Below, piece after piece: positions 37,901 to 49,900 of a DNA stretch of 64,000 nt (its first letter is position 1; each line of letters opens with the position of its first letter). The notes under the pieces were generated by a model. That model was given only the letters and a program-made list of their open reading frames with translations, ran no database searches and was not told the origin of the DNA. Where the stretch lies: positions 9,734,001 to 9,798,000 of the forward strand of contig NW_024704756.1 in assembly GCF_018977255.1 (NCBI RefSeq), written 5' to 3'. Source of the stretch: Callorhinchus milii. Lineage: Eukaryota. A program made the position numbers and the translations under genes.

Positions 37901-40900
37901 CGGTTTAATCATATGCAGGTCGATTCAATGCAATTCAACAATTTAGAGTAGACAAGTTCCAGTCCTACAGTATATATACAAATTGCGCTCTACACCATTA
38001 GAAATCCCAATTACTACACACCATGTTATTTAAGTTGTCTTTGCGTCAGGTTTCTGTAGTAATTTCAAGTTTTATATCTATTTAAATACCGTATCAAAAG
38101 TCTTTTACATAAACGACAATAAGTAATAGCTTTGGATTAAACAATGATTTGCTATGTTTACTTGAATGACCATAAAAAAATACAATACTCATGCCATTTG
38201 AGTTTCTAAAGCCCTTCTGAGAAAACTAAAGAATTACAGAATCCTGCTAGAAATTGTGGTGTATTAATAATAATAATCCTTGCATTTGATATAGCGCCTT
38301 ATCACGTCTTCGAGACGTCTCAAAGAGCTTCACAAAATATATTGTTAAGTGAATTGACTGTATATTTTGTGGGCAGAAGTATTAGATCCCATACAAGACA
38401 AAGCACTTCTAGTCCTGAAATGGCATCATTCATATTAGTAAAATAATGACACAAACCTATGCACTATTTGTGGTAAAGGTGTAAGAACATCCAGAATCTA
38501 TTCAAAGTCAGAAGGGACTGAGTTAATTAATGGGATATCTAAGTGCTGCATGCACAATGTCACCTAAGTAAATCATAGCTATGTTGTCAACAATATTAGA
38601 TCAAACTGTTGATCCAGACAGGTTTCATGATACAATGACACTTGAGTTTTGGCACTTAATACTGTGGCTTACCAGCTCATATCTTCTATATTCTATATGG
38701 TATACCAAATAATGCAACTCAATACAAGCATTTATTTTATCTTGAACAGAATGCAGTATTTCACAAAGACTATTCTTCATATTAAGTTTCTTAAATTTCA
38801 GTGAAGGACCTTTGATAGATTTTCTCAATAAAACCCGAGAACTAATGCATTTGAATTCACAAATCTGTGATTTATCCAATAGGTGATAGTTGTCTTTTGG
38901 TACCTCATCTAAATTTGCCATTAATCACACGTTAGACTTGGCACAGAGTGTTGACAGCCTTCCTGAATTGAAGCACCATTGCAACCAAGCCTAATCTTGT
39001 CCTCGGCTGACCTACTTGTGCACATTTCAGCAGGACTGCTACGCGGGGAAAATGGTTTCTGCCCAACTTTCCCTTGCCTATCCCAACAGCCTTGAGGCAT
39101 TTTGTAGAATGCTAACTGAAGCTCAAAATATCTCATGGTCATAAATATGATTAAAAATGCACACTGGTCTGTTAGGCTGTTTTACAATGAAGACCAGGAG
39201 GAATATAAGTTTCTTCTGAAATAGTGTTGTAAAATCTTTAGCGCCCAACTGAAGACATGCAGATGGAACCTGCAGGAACAAATGTAGTGTTCCCCAGTAC
39301 TGACAAAGTATCCTCTGGGAGCTCAAACCCACAGCTTAGACAATCTACATCTAGAATACAACTTTTGTTACTAGCCTGTACAGTAAATAAAATAAGTTAA
39401 AAGTTTGGATACGATTAATTGACTATTTAAATCTACAGAATAAAATTGTGGTCAGCTTCATTAACTGACAATCTGACTGGTTTTATTTTCTATCCAGTTT
39501 ACAATCAACACCCAGCTGGCAGCAAAACATTGTGTTAGCTATTTTTGGCTTCCTCGGCTGAGCACTGAAAATACCACAAAAATATAGGGTCAATTTACTT
39601 TACAGTATTATCTGTGAAGCGCTTTGAGATGTCTCGAAAAAGTGATAAGGTGCTATATCAAATGCAAGGATTATTTTATATTATTATATATTACCTCTGT
39701 CATACCTTCCAATCCAGCTGTCACATTCTGCTTCTTGTTAGCTAAAGCTCTTGCTAGGATTCTATGGTTGCATCCAAACATGTATGAGCAGTTAAATGTT
39801 TTCATAACCATTACTCAAAGGATGACTTAAAAGGGCAATAATAGATACTAGAGACATATTATCACATTCAACTAGAATACCCTGTGTAATTAGTTCAGAA
39901 AAAGTTAGTTTAAGATCTTCATAAATAAAAAAATATACCTACCCAATTCCCCTGCTGCGTTTCTACCACCAACAGCATAAAGATGTCCTTTCAGAGCACT
40001 TAGGTGGAAGAACGTACGCTTTTCATTTAAAGATGCTACTTGCATCCATTTGTTATACCGAGGGTCATATCTGAACACTGTGTCAACAGCCGTCTTTCCT
40101 TTCGTATCGTAATTGCTCTGCCCACCTACAACATATAGGAAGTTTCCAATCACTGCAATACCGTGTTGGTACCTTGGAGCATCCATTGGAGCAAGTGCTT
40201 TCCATTCGTGAGCCTTTTCATCATATAATCTTAGTTCTTTGCTCACCACCAACTGTTGCCTTAACACCCCGCCCAAAGTTACTAAATGCGTATTATCTGA
40301 ACGAATACAGGTTCTCTCGGACTGCATTACAGGCTGCATGTAGGGCATCATCTGATAATTACTAGCTTCCAGTAGCAGGTTGACACAGACATTGTCCGTT
40401 CTCATGAAGTCCACAGTCTGAACATGATTAATTAGTTCCTGTGGTGACATCAGTGGAAACCTAATGTTCTTCATTAACTTCGAGGCAAAATCCATTCGCG
40501 AGTCCTCATACCTCAACCAACGGCAAGCAGACTTAAAAAGTTCAAGTTCAGTGCAGTTTTTCAGACTGTTGCTTGAAAGCACAAAGGCAAGTCGCTCAAA
40601 GGGGAGCTTCACAAATTCACCAGTACTTAACAATGCAGGGAAAATCTTCAGTATGAAATTATTTACATATTTATCAACTTCTGTCAAGTTGTATGTATTG
40701 GCAATGCGTCCTACCTCGACACAGTTGTCAAGCGAAACCTAGAAGATATAAAAAAAGTGAATTTTTGATGTAATATTTAAAGATTTGACTGTTTATTTTA
40801 TTGGGTTAACTGTTGCTTTTGCCCAAATGCTGCTATAGAATATACTCTGCCTAATCATCTTTCTAAAAATAGATATCTCTATCACATTCGACCACACAGG

Positions 40901-43900
40901 ATTGTTGATTATAGAGCAAATAAAATTGTTCATTTTAAGCAGCTCAAAAATAATTTCAGCCTTTGACGTTACAAAACCAGAAATAACAAAATGAGGTTAT
41001 GTGGCTCTATATAAAAAAAATTCACAGCATTTCAATTTACTTTTTTACAAAAAATTGGTACATGCAGTGAAGATTTTGAACTGGATATATATCTCGCTTG
41101 GCAAAAACTGACTGACAGAGTGCTGGTGCCTGCAAAAAACACTCTGACAGTAAAAGACAAATAACCATTATCGAGCCATCTTCTTACTACTAATTTAAGA
41201 AAGTCTGGTGCAAATCCAGCAAACATTTGAACAATGTTCGCTGCACAAAGCTCAACAAAGATCCCATTCTGACCAAGGGTCGTGGACCCAAAATGCTGAT
41301 TCACTTTCCTTTCTCCATAGATGCTGCCTGACCTGCTGAGTGTTCCCAGCGACTTTTGTTTTTGTTAAAGATCCCATTCTGTTGGACCCTGAGATACCCT
41401 ACTTCATATACAATGTGTGTGTGTTTATATATATATATTTATATGTATATTTAAAAAAAGTTCATGTGTACACACTGTGGACCCATAGTACACTCGACAT
41501 GTGGTACACTTCCGGCTTCCAGCACTGAATGACTGACTGGCTGGCTACTGGCATGTAGTGCACTGGCAAAGGAGGACGCTGTCCGTCTAGTTTGCTGCAC
41601 GTGTGGACAGCGCAGTTTTGTAACGCCAAAAAGCACTCCGAGACGAATGAAGGGCACGATATAAATGCAAATTGTTGTTGTCTGGCAACCTGACCAGGCA
41701 CCATTTTTACAACAAATGGGTCTGATTTTATGGACCAAAACCACTGTGTTAATGAGAGTCTGTTTTACTGAACTATACATCTGATTACATTTAATATTGA
41801 AGTTGTTTTATTATGCAAATATTGCTTTGAAATCTTACCCCAGATATGAGAAATACTTTGCAGAAGTCCAAAACAGGTAAGATCTGCAAAAAGCTGGCAG
41901 CTTCCAAGGTGTCCTGAAGGTTGTCCATGTTCAAGGAGAGTTTTGCAGTGTAAATGAAGTCAATGATTTTCTTAAGCCCTATTCGGTTCACTCCATGCAG
42001 TTTAATACACATTAGGTCCTGTTCCTTCATTCCACCTTGTTCACATGAAAGAAAGTCGTTTTAAACGGTATCCATTTGGGAACGGTATGGTTGTTTTTAT
42101 TACTCAAAAAAGAAACGACAAATGATTTAGATAAAGATTTTCTAGTCAATTTCAATGCTGGGAATGACCACATTTTAAAGATGGCTTCATTATCTTTTTA
42201 ACAAAGTTGAACTATTAAAGAATTCTGAATGTTTAAGTTTGCATTAAGAAAGACATAACTAATAAAATAGCCATAATTATATTCTGTCCATTACCAATCA
42301 AGATATAATTTGTTGGCAATACACCGATTGCTGTACAAAGCTATTCCTTCTGCCCATAATTTTCAGCACAAATATAGGTCTGAAAATTCATGAGATTTTA
42401 TAGCTTTTAATACACAAAACATGCATTATATTCATTGTACAACAATTCTGATACTCCATGTAAAACTATCTTCAGAATTGACTAAAATACTAAAAAGATT
42501 TATTTAGAAATGCAATGCATTACAACAATGTTACACATTATGAAAATTAAATAAATTAAGATCAGCTTTAAAATTACCTAATTTTTCCTTCTCGCAACAA
42601 AGAAAGCATTACATACTGCAACATTTGTAGTTAGAGATGATTACATAAGCCATTTACAGGGTTCTACAAAACAATTTCAGTGTTACATTTTTGCAGCACT
42701 CCTTGTGTTTCATAACAGCGGCCAGAAGAATAAGAGTAGCTATGAGAATTTTGGATCTTACCTGTGAACATAGCCTTGAAGTAGTCACTAGCTGATGCCA
42801 TCATAGCCCTATGGACAGGAAATACTTCATCTCCGTCACCTGGCACCAAGGTAACATCACAAAGTAAGCCTTCGATTCGAAGCTGGTCGAACCCCTACAA
42901 AATCAGATATTTTAAATGACCATGCAGTAAGTTATTATTGTGCCTGTCACATATAACAACCATTTTAAAACACTTGCAAAAATGAAAAATTATCACAAAA
43001 TTTAGTGCAACTTTTGGAAAATGTTAAATCTTCATGAAACTGAAAATGCAACTGGATTTTGGAAAACCATAGTTAATTACAACTCCTAGATTAGGAGCAA
43101 AATCTCAACTGTTCCTCCACCTCTCAAAAGGAACAGGGAAATAAAACATTTTTTGTCGTGGTAAAGATGAAACGCAGAACAGGAATATAGAAAAACAGAA
43201 GGAGGCCATCAAACCAGTTCCAGGTATAGTACCAAAGAATAGTTTTAAAGGCTAAGCAAAAAATTGGTTTCTGAACAACTATATAAAAAAAAGTCAAGTA
43301 GAAAATGGCAACCCGCATTATGACAATTAATATAGAGATTATAATATATTGTAATCGTCATATTAATATGACAATTATAATATAATTTTGACATTGTTAG
43401 TATTCTTTTTAAATAAAATTTGCCTGTATTCATCAACTTTCACTCATACATACACTGCCAGTTAACAGGCAGGAAATCATTGTTAGGGGGAGTGTTCCTT
43501 TTAATATTCACAGATTTGGTCACTTGATAATAACCTGCCATTAATGTACATTTTAACAAACCTGATTGAAAGCTATTCGAAAAGCGATTTTTCCCACATC
43601 ACCATTAAATGTATTTATTCCCTTAAGCTTCAAAAGCTAGGGTTAACATTAAAATAGGCCACAGGGCATTATGAGACATAATCAATATTGTATAGAAAAC
43701 CAGCTTGCAGTTTTACTGTAACTCTTATTGAGCCAAAAACTTAAAAGGTTCTGGAGTGCAAGACCCAAAGAGCAAGATTCAAGAAATGACAATGCATACA
43801 CTATTTGTGCAAGAACATGGTGTAAGATAGGTGCTAAGACATCATTATTTTCTAAGATTTCTAAGTCTTGAAAATATGAGTATTCATTGATTGTGTGCTT

Positions 43901-46900
43901 CAACAATTTCATACACTTTTCTTCTGAGCCATTGTCTAGTGATTAGTCAAGTAGAGGTTATATCAACTAGTCAATGCAGATAACTAATGAGTAATTATAA
44001 CACACAAAAGACTAAGATGTAGAAAGACACACAGTAGGTTCTAATTTGTGGTGTTTAACAGATTTCTTAAGCACATTTTCATGTCATTGGTAAGTTTTTA
44101 ATTACACATTTCTTATTAAAAACTTTGTTAACAAATACCGCACGTTAGACTGCAGCGTTTCAACAATAACAACAACAAGATTCCATTAAAAGAGCGCCTT
44201 TCACGTCGGGAGGACGTCCTAAGGCGCTGGACAATTGGGTCAGAACCAGGGAAATGGTCAGGGGGAGGGGAGGGAAGGGAGCGAGGAGGGGGTAGAGAGT
44301 TTCAAAGACAAATAAGATGTCATTGATCCTAACTTGGAACATATTTTGTACCTGTAGCACTGTGGAACTGTGGGTATTGCTAGTGAAAAAACGAGTGCTG
44401 CCGGTCTTTGAAGACTGCAAATGGGCTGTCACTCCCATGTCGCCACTTGCCAAGGACACTTTCAAATGAGGATCTTCGTCTTCAACCAACGATCTGCAGC
44501 AATAGACAAGGGGGAACAACCGTCACTCAAAACATTTTTCCTTTAGTACACAGATTGTAACTATCTAATTTGATATCCATTTAACAGCATAACACTTTCG
44601 CTAAAAGCGAGATGTACTAAAAAAAAAGGTCCTTAAAATCAATACAAAAAAACTCACATCAGCTTCAATTGCTCAAACTGCAGAGAAACAGCACTGGGTC
44701 AATTGACTGATATCACAGCACTTCTGTGTGATCAGCTNAAAAAAACACTCACAAGTGCTGAAATTGAATACTCTACTGAAAATGGAATACATCATCAAAA
44801 AATTGGGTAAATTCAAGTATATGACTAGACTCTTGCTTTTGAAGAAGTGTAAACCATTTTGTAATGACTCAAGGGGTGCTGCAGTATATGGAGAAAATAT
44901 TGCCTCATCCAGTATTTTACAAACCCACAACTCAAAAACCTTCAATAGGGGAAAAAATCTTAACTCTACAGTAACTGGGTATAAGAAATCAGATTCATCT
45001 GAGGAAAGCTGTCAAAATTCATGAAACAGATTAAGATTTACGTTTTTGGTAACAGTGGAAAAAACTATACTCCTCCTCCTGACCCTCTTATTCTACAAGT
45101 CTTTTTCAGCACTTGGACTGCTCTGTCCTCCAGGGCTAGGGTCAGAAGTTGCTGAAATGCATCATTAGGATTAGCACAAGTCCCCGTTTTAAGAAATAAA
45201 TACAATTTATATATACACAGTGCCTACCCACAAGACTCCTGGTAAGGATGAAGACGGAGAAGTATCAAAATTACCATTTCACTTAGTTTTAAATGGACGT
45301 TTATATTAACTCAGGGATCTGCAAACTTCCACAGGAATTAAGAGTGCTTCATAACATCACTCGCTTTGGGTTGTAGTCGGTGTAAGCAACAAAGAACAGG
45401 CAGAGAATACACGATTTTATGTGCCCCTTGTTGTGACTTTGATCAGAATAATTGTTTGACAGTTTCTGCATGCTGTGAAGTTCATTAATACCATGTTTAT
45501 TCATAAATTGTATTTTTTTTCTTTTGCTTAAAAATACTCTATGTTTATAACTAAATATGCACCAACTCCGATGGTTTAAAGAGAAGGCATGTGGCGGTCG
45601 TAATTTAATTTCAAAATTAAAATTCTGTGTACAGCATGGGCTGTATAACACAGATATCCAATCACAGTTGTGGCAGTTTTCACCAATAAACCTATGTAAA
45701 TTAAATCACTCAGAAAGAAAATTCTCTCCAAGTGTTGTGAGCCACGAGCTCTTTGCTGCAATGCATTACGAGCGATATGTGGAAGTTGTGAGGTTATTTT
45801 GACATGTAAGTTATTTTTTGAAAAAATAAGCCACAGCTCCGGAACAACATTCCATAAAAAAGCAGTAGTTTTTTTTCTTCTTGCAATGTAGCTGCACTCA
45901 TGTATTTCTTCTCACAATGCATTTTGTGAAGGAGGAGAGGCAGTACGAGGATGAGAGATAGAGTAGCGTTTTTATCAAAAATGTTTATTTATGTACCAAG
46001 TTAACAAAGTGAAAAGTGCTGCCGATTTAGACTGGCTTATTTGTGGTTAAGTTTCGTACCTCTCCAATGGTACAGTAATGTGGGAATGACATGCACAAAT
46101 TCACATGCTATAATTCAATGAATGCATATTGGATTGATAGCTGGTTGACACTACACTGGCCTATTCACAACTTTATAAAAAGCTACAGTTGTGACTGGGA
46201 TATTAAGAATAAGGGATCCCACACAAAACATTAACCTGCTATCTCTTTCAGATGCTAAACTACCTGCTGTACACGTCCAGCATTTTCTAGTTTTGTTTCA
46301 TCTGCAATTTTTCTCTTTAGAGACACTCAACGCCATCGATTTCTGAAAGGAAGTCAGAATCTATTTGGTTTTACATAATTTAATTTAAACATGGTAGATT
46401 TAAGATAAAGCTTCTCTGGAAGCATTCAGAATATGGAGGAAATAAAACGCAATCAATGTTGCCAGTGTGATCTCAACATAATCTTAAACAGTTGCTTCTG
46501 ATGGTTACATTTCGCTGTTAACAAAACATTTGTAGGTTACTCCAAAATAATTTGACAGTAGCTGACGAATTTTAAACCCTACTGAGTTCATTTTATCATC
46601 TCCATTCCGAGCAGCCCAAAGGAAATATATTATCATTTAGATAGGCGTAGGAAATGTCACCTGCTGAATTTTGATGACGTTTGCTATGCAGTGTGGAACC
46701 TACTAGACATATATTCCTTTGATATTCTTATGCAGACTATAATTACAGTGAATGCATTATAAACTAAAGCAACCTCTATATCCTCGCAGTTGCTCACTAA
46801 AATGGTAAGACTATGAAATACTACTCTTAACAGTATCTTGAAAGCAAACAAATTTATGGCAGTGAACTATATTAGCATATTTACAGACACATAAATTGGA

Positions 46901-49900
46901 AATGTACATTAATTCATAGAAATACAACAGCAAGGCACCTCAGATGGGTTTAAAAAGTACACATTTTTAATAAAAAAAAGGTAAGAAATAAGAAATAATC
47001 AATGCATGGTAAGGCATCTTGCAAACCTTTACTCAATCGTTCAATGGGAAAAGAAATCTAATGAAACAGCCACAAATCAGAAAGTCGGAGATCAGAGCTC
47101 AATCTGAAAAATACAATTTAAAAGCTAAATATATAAAATTGAAACTTGTATCCTTTAGATTCTATATGTCATTGAAATACACCATATAGCAAGGTCAAGA
47201 AAAGTAAATAATTTTAAATCTTAAAGAAGCTAGGAGGTTAGCTTTTCCAGAGGATCATTCATTACATACATCCAAATTTGAAGTTTTGTATTTTGAACCT
47301 TGTCCTCTAATACTATGTATGAATTGCGAGTAGGATTTATTAGCAGTTTCTGGACAGGTTTACCTAATCTCTGTGCTTTGAGACGTCTCAAAGATGTGAT
47401 AAGGTTCTATATCAAATGCAAGGTAATCCAAAATTCTTAAATTGGCATCAAGCTGGTAATCTCTTATCCCTTGGTTATGTATGTCCCTTCCAATCAATGG
47501 GAATAGATTTGTTGCTAAACATACAATTATCTGGACACAGTCCATTTTCTTCTTTCAACAAATACATGTGTCTATTGGGTTTTGAGCTCATAGTCTGCCA
47601 CTCCAATCCACTACCAAAGGTCCAGTGTCATATTTCACAGAGTGCATCAGAACTTTCTGTCAGCATTTTGAGGTAAGGTACTGCATAAAATGCAAGCATT
47701 ATTATTATATGAACAGATTGTAATTGTTTTATTAAAAAAATGCAAAGAGTAGGAGGCCAACCTTCTGAGGGACAGGCTTCTGCTATGTAGGAGGAGGCAT
47801 GACCCCATCGTTTGAAAGGCCTAGTTCAAATTTCCAAAGGAAGAATCTTTCCATTCATGGAGCTAAGTCTTTGAATGAGGCTCTTTCTGTTCCATCAATA
47901 CCCATTTTCATAGCCAGTTCCCTACTTAGAATAAAAATTTTACAGTTTGGCATTTTGCCAGAAAATTTAAATACCTTCTTCATTGTAAACTTCTGTGGAA
48001 ATATGAGATAGATTTACCTAACTCTCTTTGCATTACATTTTACTGATTTATTTTTCCTGATTAATTACAGTACATACCTATTCTAAAACGAAACCATGAG
48101 AGACTAGACTAAATATATCCAAACAGTTTAAATATCTGTATACATCCTTTCCTATGAGCTAGCCCCTATGATACCCCTGTCCATCAATTTTCTGATGATG
48201 GCTAAAAGAGCAGCAGTAAGTTAACATCAGCATTAGTAAGGGCAGACATTAACTCAAATAAAAACACTGAAACATGGTTACAATGCTAAACACGAGTTCA
48301 CAGCTAAAACATTCAAACTGAATATTGCACATATTCCATATAAGCTTTGGTCTGATGGATCAGGATATGATTTAAGTAGACATGCACCAATCACTCACCC
48401 TGAAAATAATCTGACATATGGTCTGTATAGAACCAGGCACTCTTGGTCAAAGGATTGCAATCTTAGTCACATGCTCTAACAAACTGCAAACGTGCATGTA
48501 TGTAGACTAGGGGATTTAACTAAATCCAATTTGCCTGCTCCACTGTATTAGTAAACATTCGCAATTACCCTGCCTCATGAAATTGTTGATGCATTATTTC
48601 ACTATGAGGGGTAGCAGAAAGCATCAAAATCAAATCACACTGTCTACTGGAAACTTACATTTATTTTCAAACAGTTCAGAAATAAAGTAACAAAACTGAA
48701 TCACAAAAGGGATTAGGATTGAAAATATGTGTATAATCAATAACTTGTATTTTTACTATAAAGAAAATAGACTCCTTGCCTGAAAAGTAACAAACCAATA
48801 TTTTTTTTAATCCTTCAGAATAAAATGCAAAAAATATCTCAGCATTATTCCTGACACTGTTAGAGAACTTTATTCACCATCAACTGGCCCAGACAGACAA
48901 TTACCTTACGGTCCTCATGCCTGATTTCAGTGGTTGTCAAAATAGATCAGATAATGCTGTTGCCTCCAGAAGATCCAAGAGACACCTAAAGAGGCTACGT
49001 TTTTCTATAATCCTTGTCCAACCTCTCAGGAAAGGTGTGGCCAGAAATAAAGTTCAGATTTGAAAGTAAGTGCACACGTAGAATCCACATCGTGCCACAC
49101 ACCCCAGTCCCTGAAGCAATATTTCAGAACCGATTCGTAAAGAAACTGTGATATAAATGCACATTTCACAAATGCACTAAAGAATGCACTGTTCATATGA
49201 ATCAACCATTATTCAGCAGGTTATCCAATGCTTCTCTGGTGACACAGTAACTTTACTAATTGATTGAAAAGCTATGAAGTCGAATTCCTATCCCAAACCA
49301 AATCACCTCATTTACTTCAACTAAAAATGGACAGATCTTCAGTATAGCCAATGAAGACTTGGATTTAAAGTTTTATCCAATCTTCTTCATTATTACACAA
49401 ATGGTTCAGGTATGACACCTAACTGAGATTCCATGACATTCCATTGACTGGCGAAGCCCTTTTGAAGCTAGATGTAATATTCCAAGCATTTCTACTTCAT
49501 TGAATTTCAATTAGAAAGGAACAGCGATGGAGCTGGGATTGCGAGAATGACTAATCACAAAATCTCTGCATCAGCCAAATACCCTCATCACACAGCAAAT
49601 GGACACTTTAACTCCTAACTTTACATTTCAGCTTCTGATCGAAAACTATTTGTATCACACCTGTCTACAGATGGCACGTCCCAGTTTCAAACAATAAGCA
49701 CCCGAAAGACCAAAGGCACTTTGAGTGCCTCATATAATCTCGAAAATATCAACTTCATGTAAAAATGAAATAAAATTCATAATTATTTCAGAACTGCTTT
49801 TAAAATGTACTGGGTGCATGGTGTGGCCATTTGCACCATAGGCGTGATCACAATTCGGCATAAATTGGAAAATTGGAAATAAACTTTGAAAAAAAATCAC

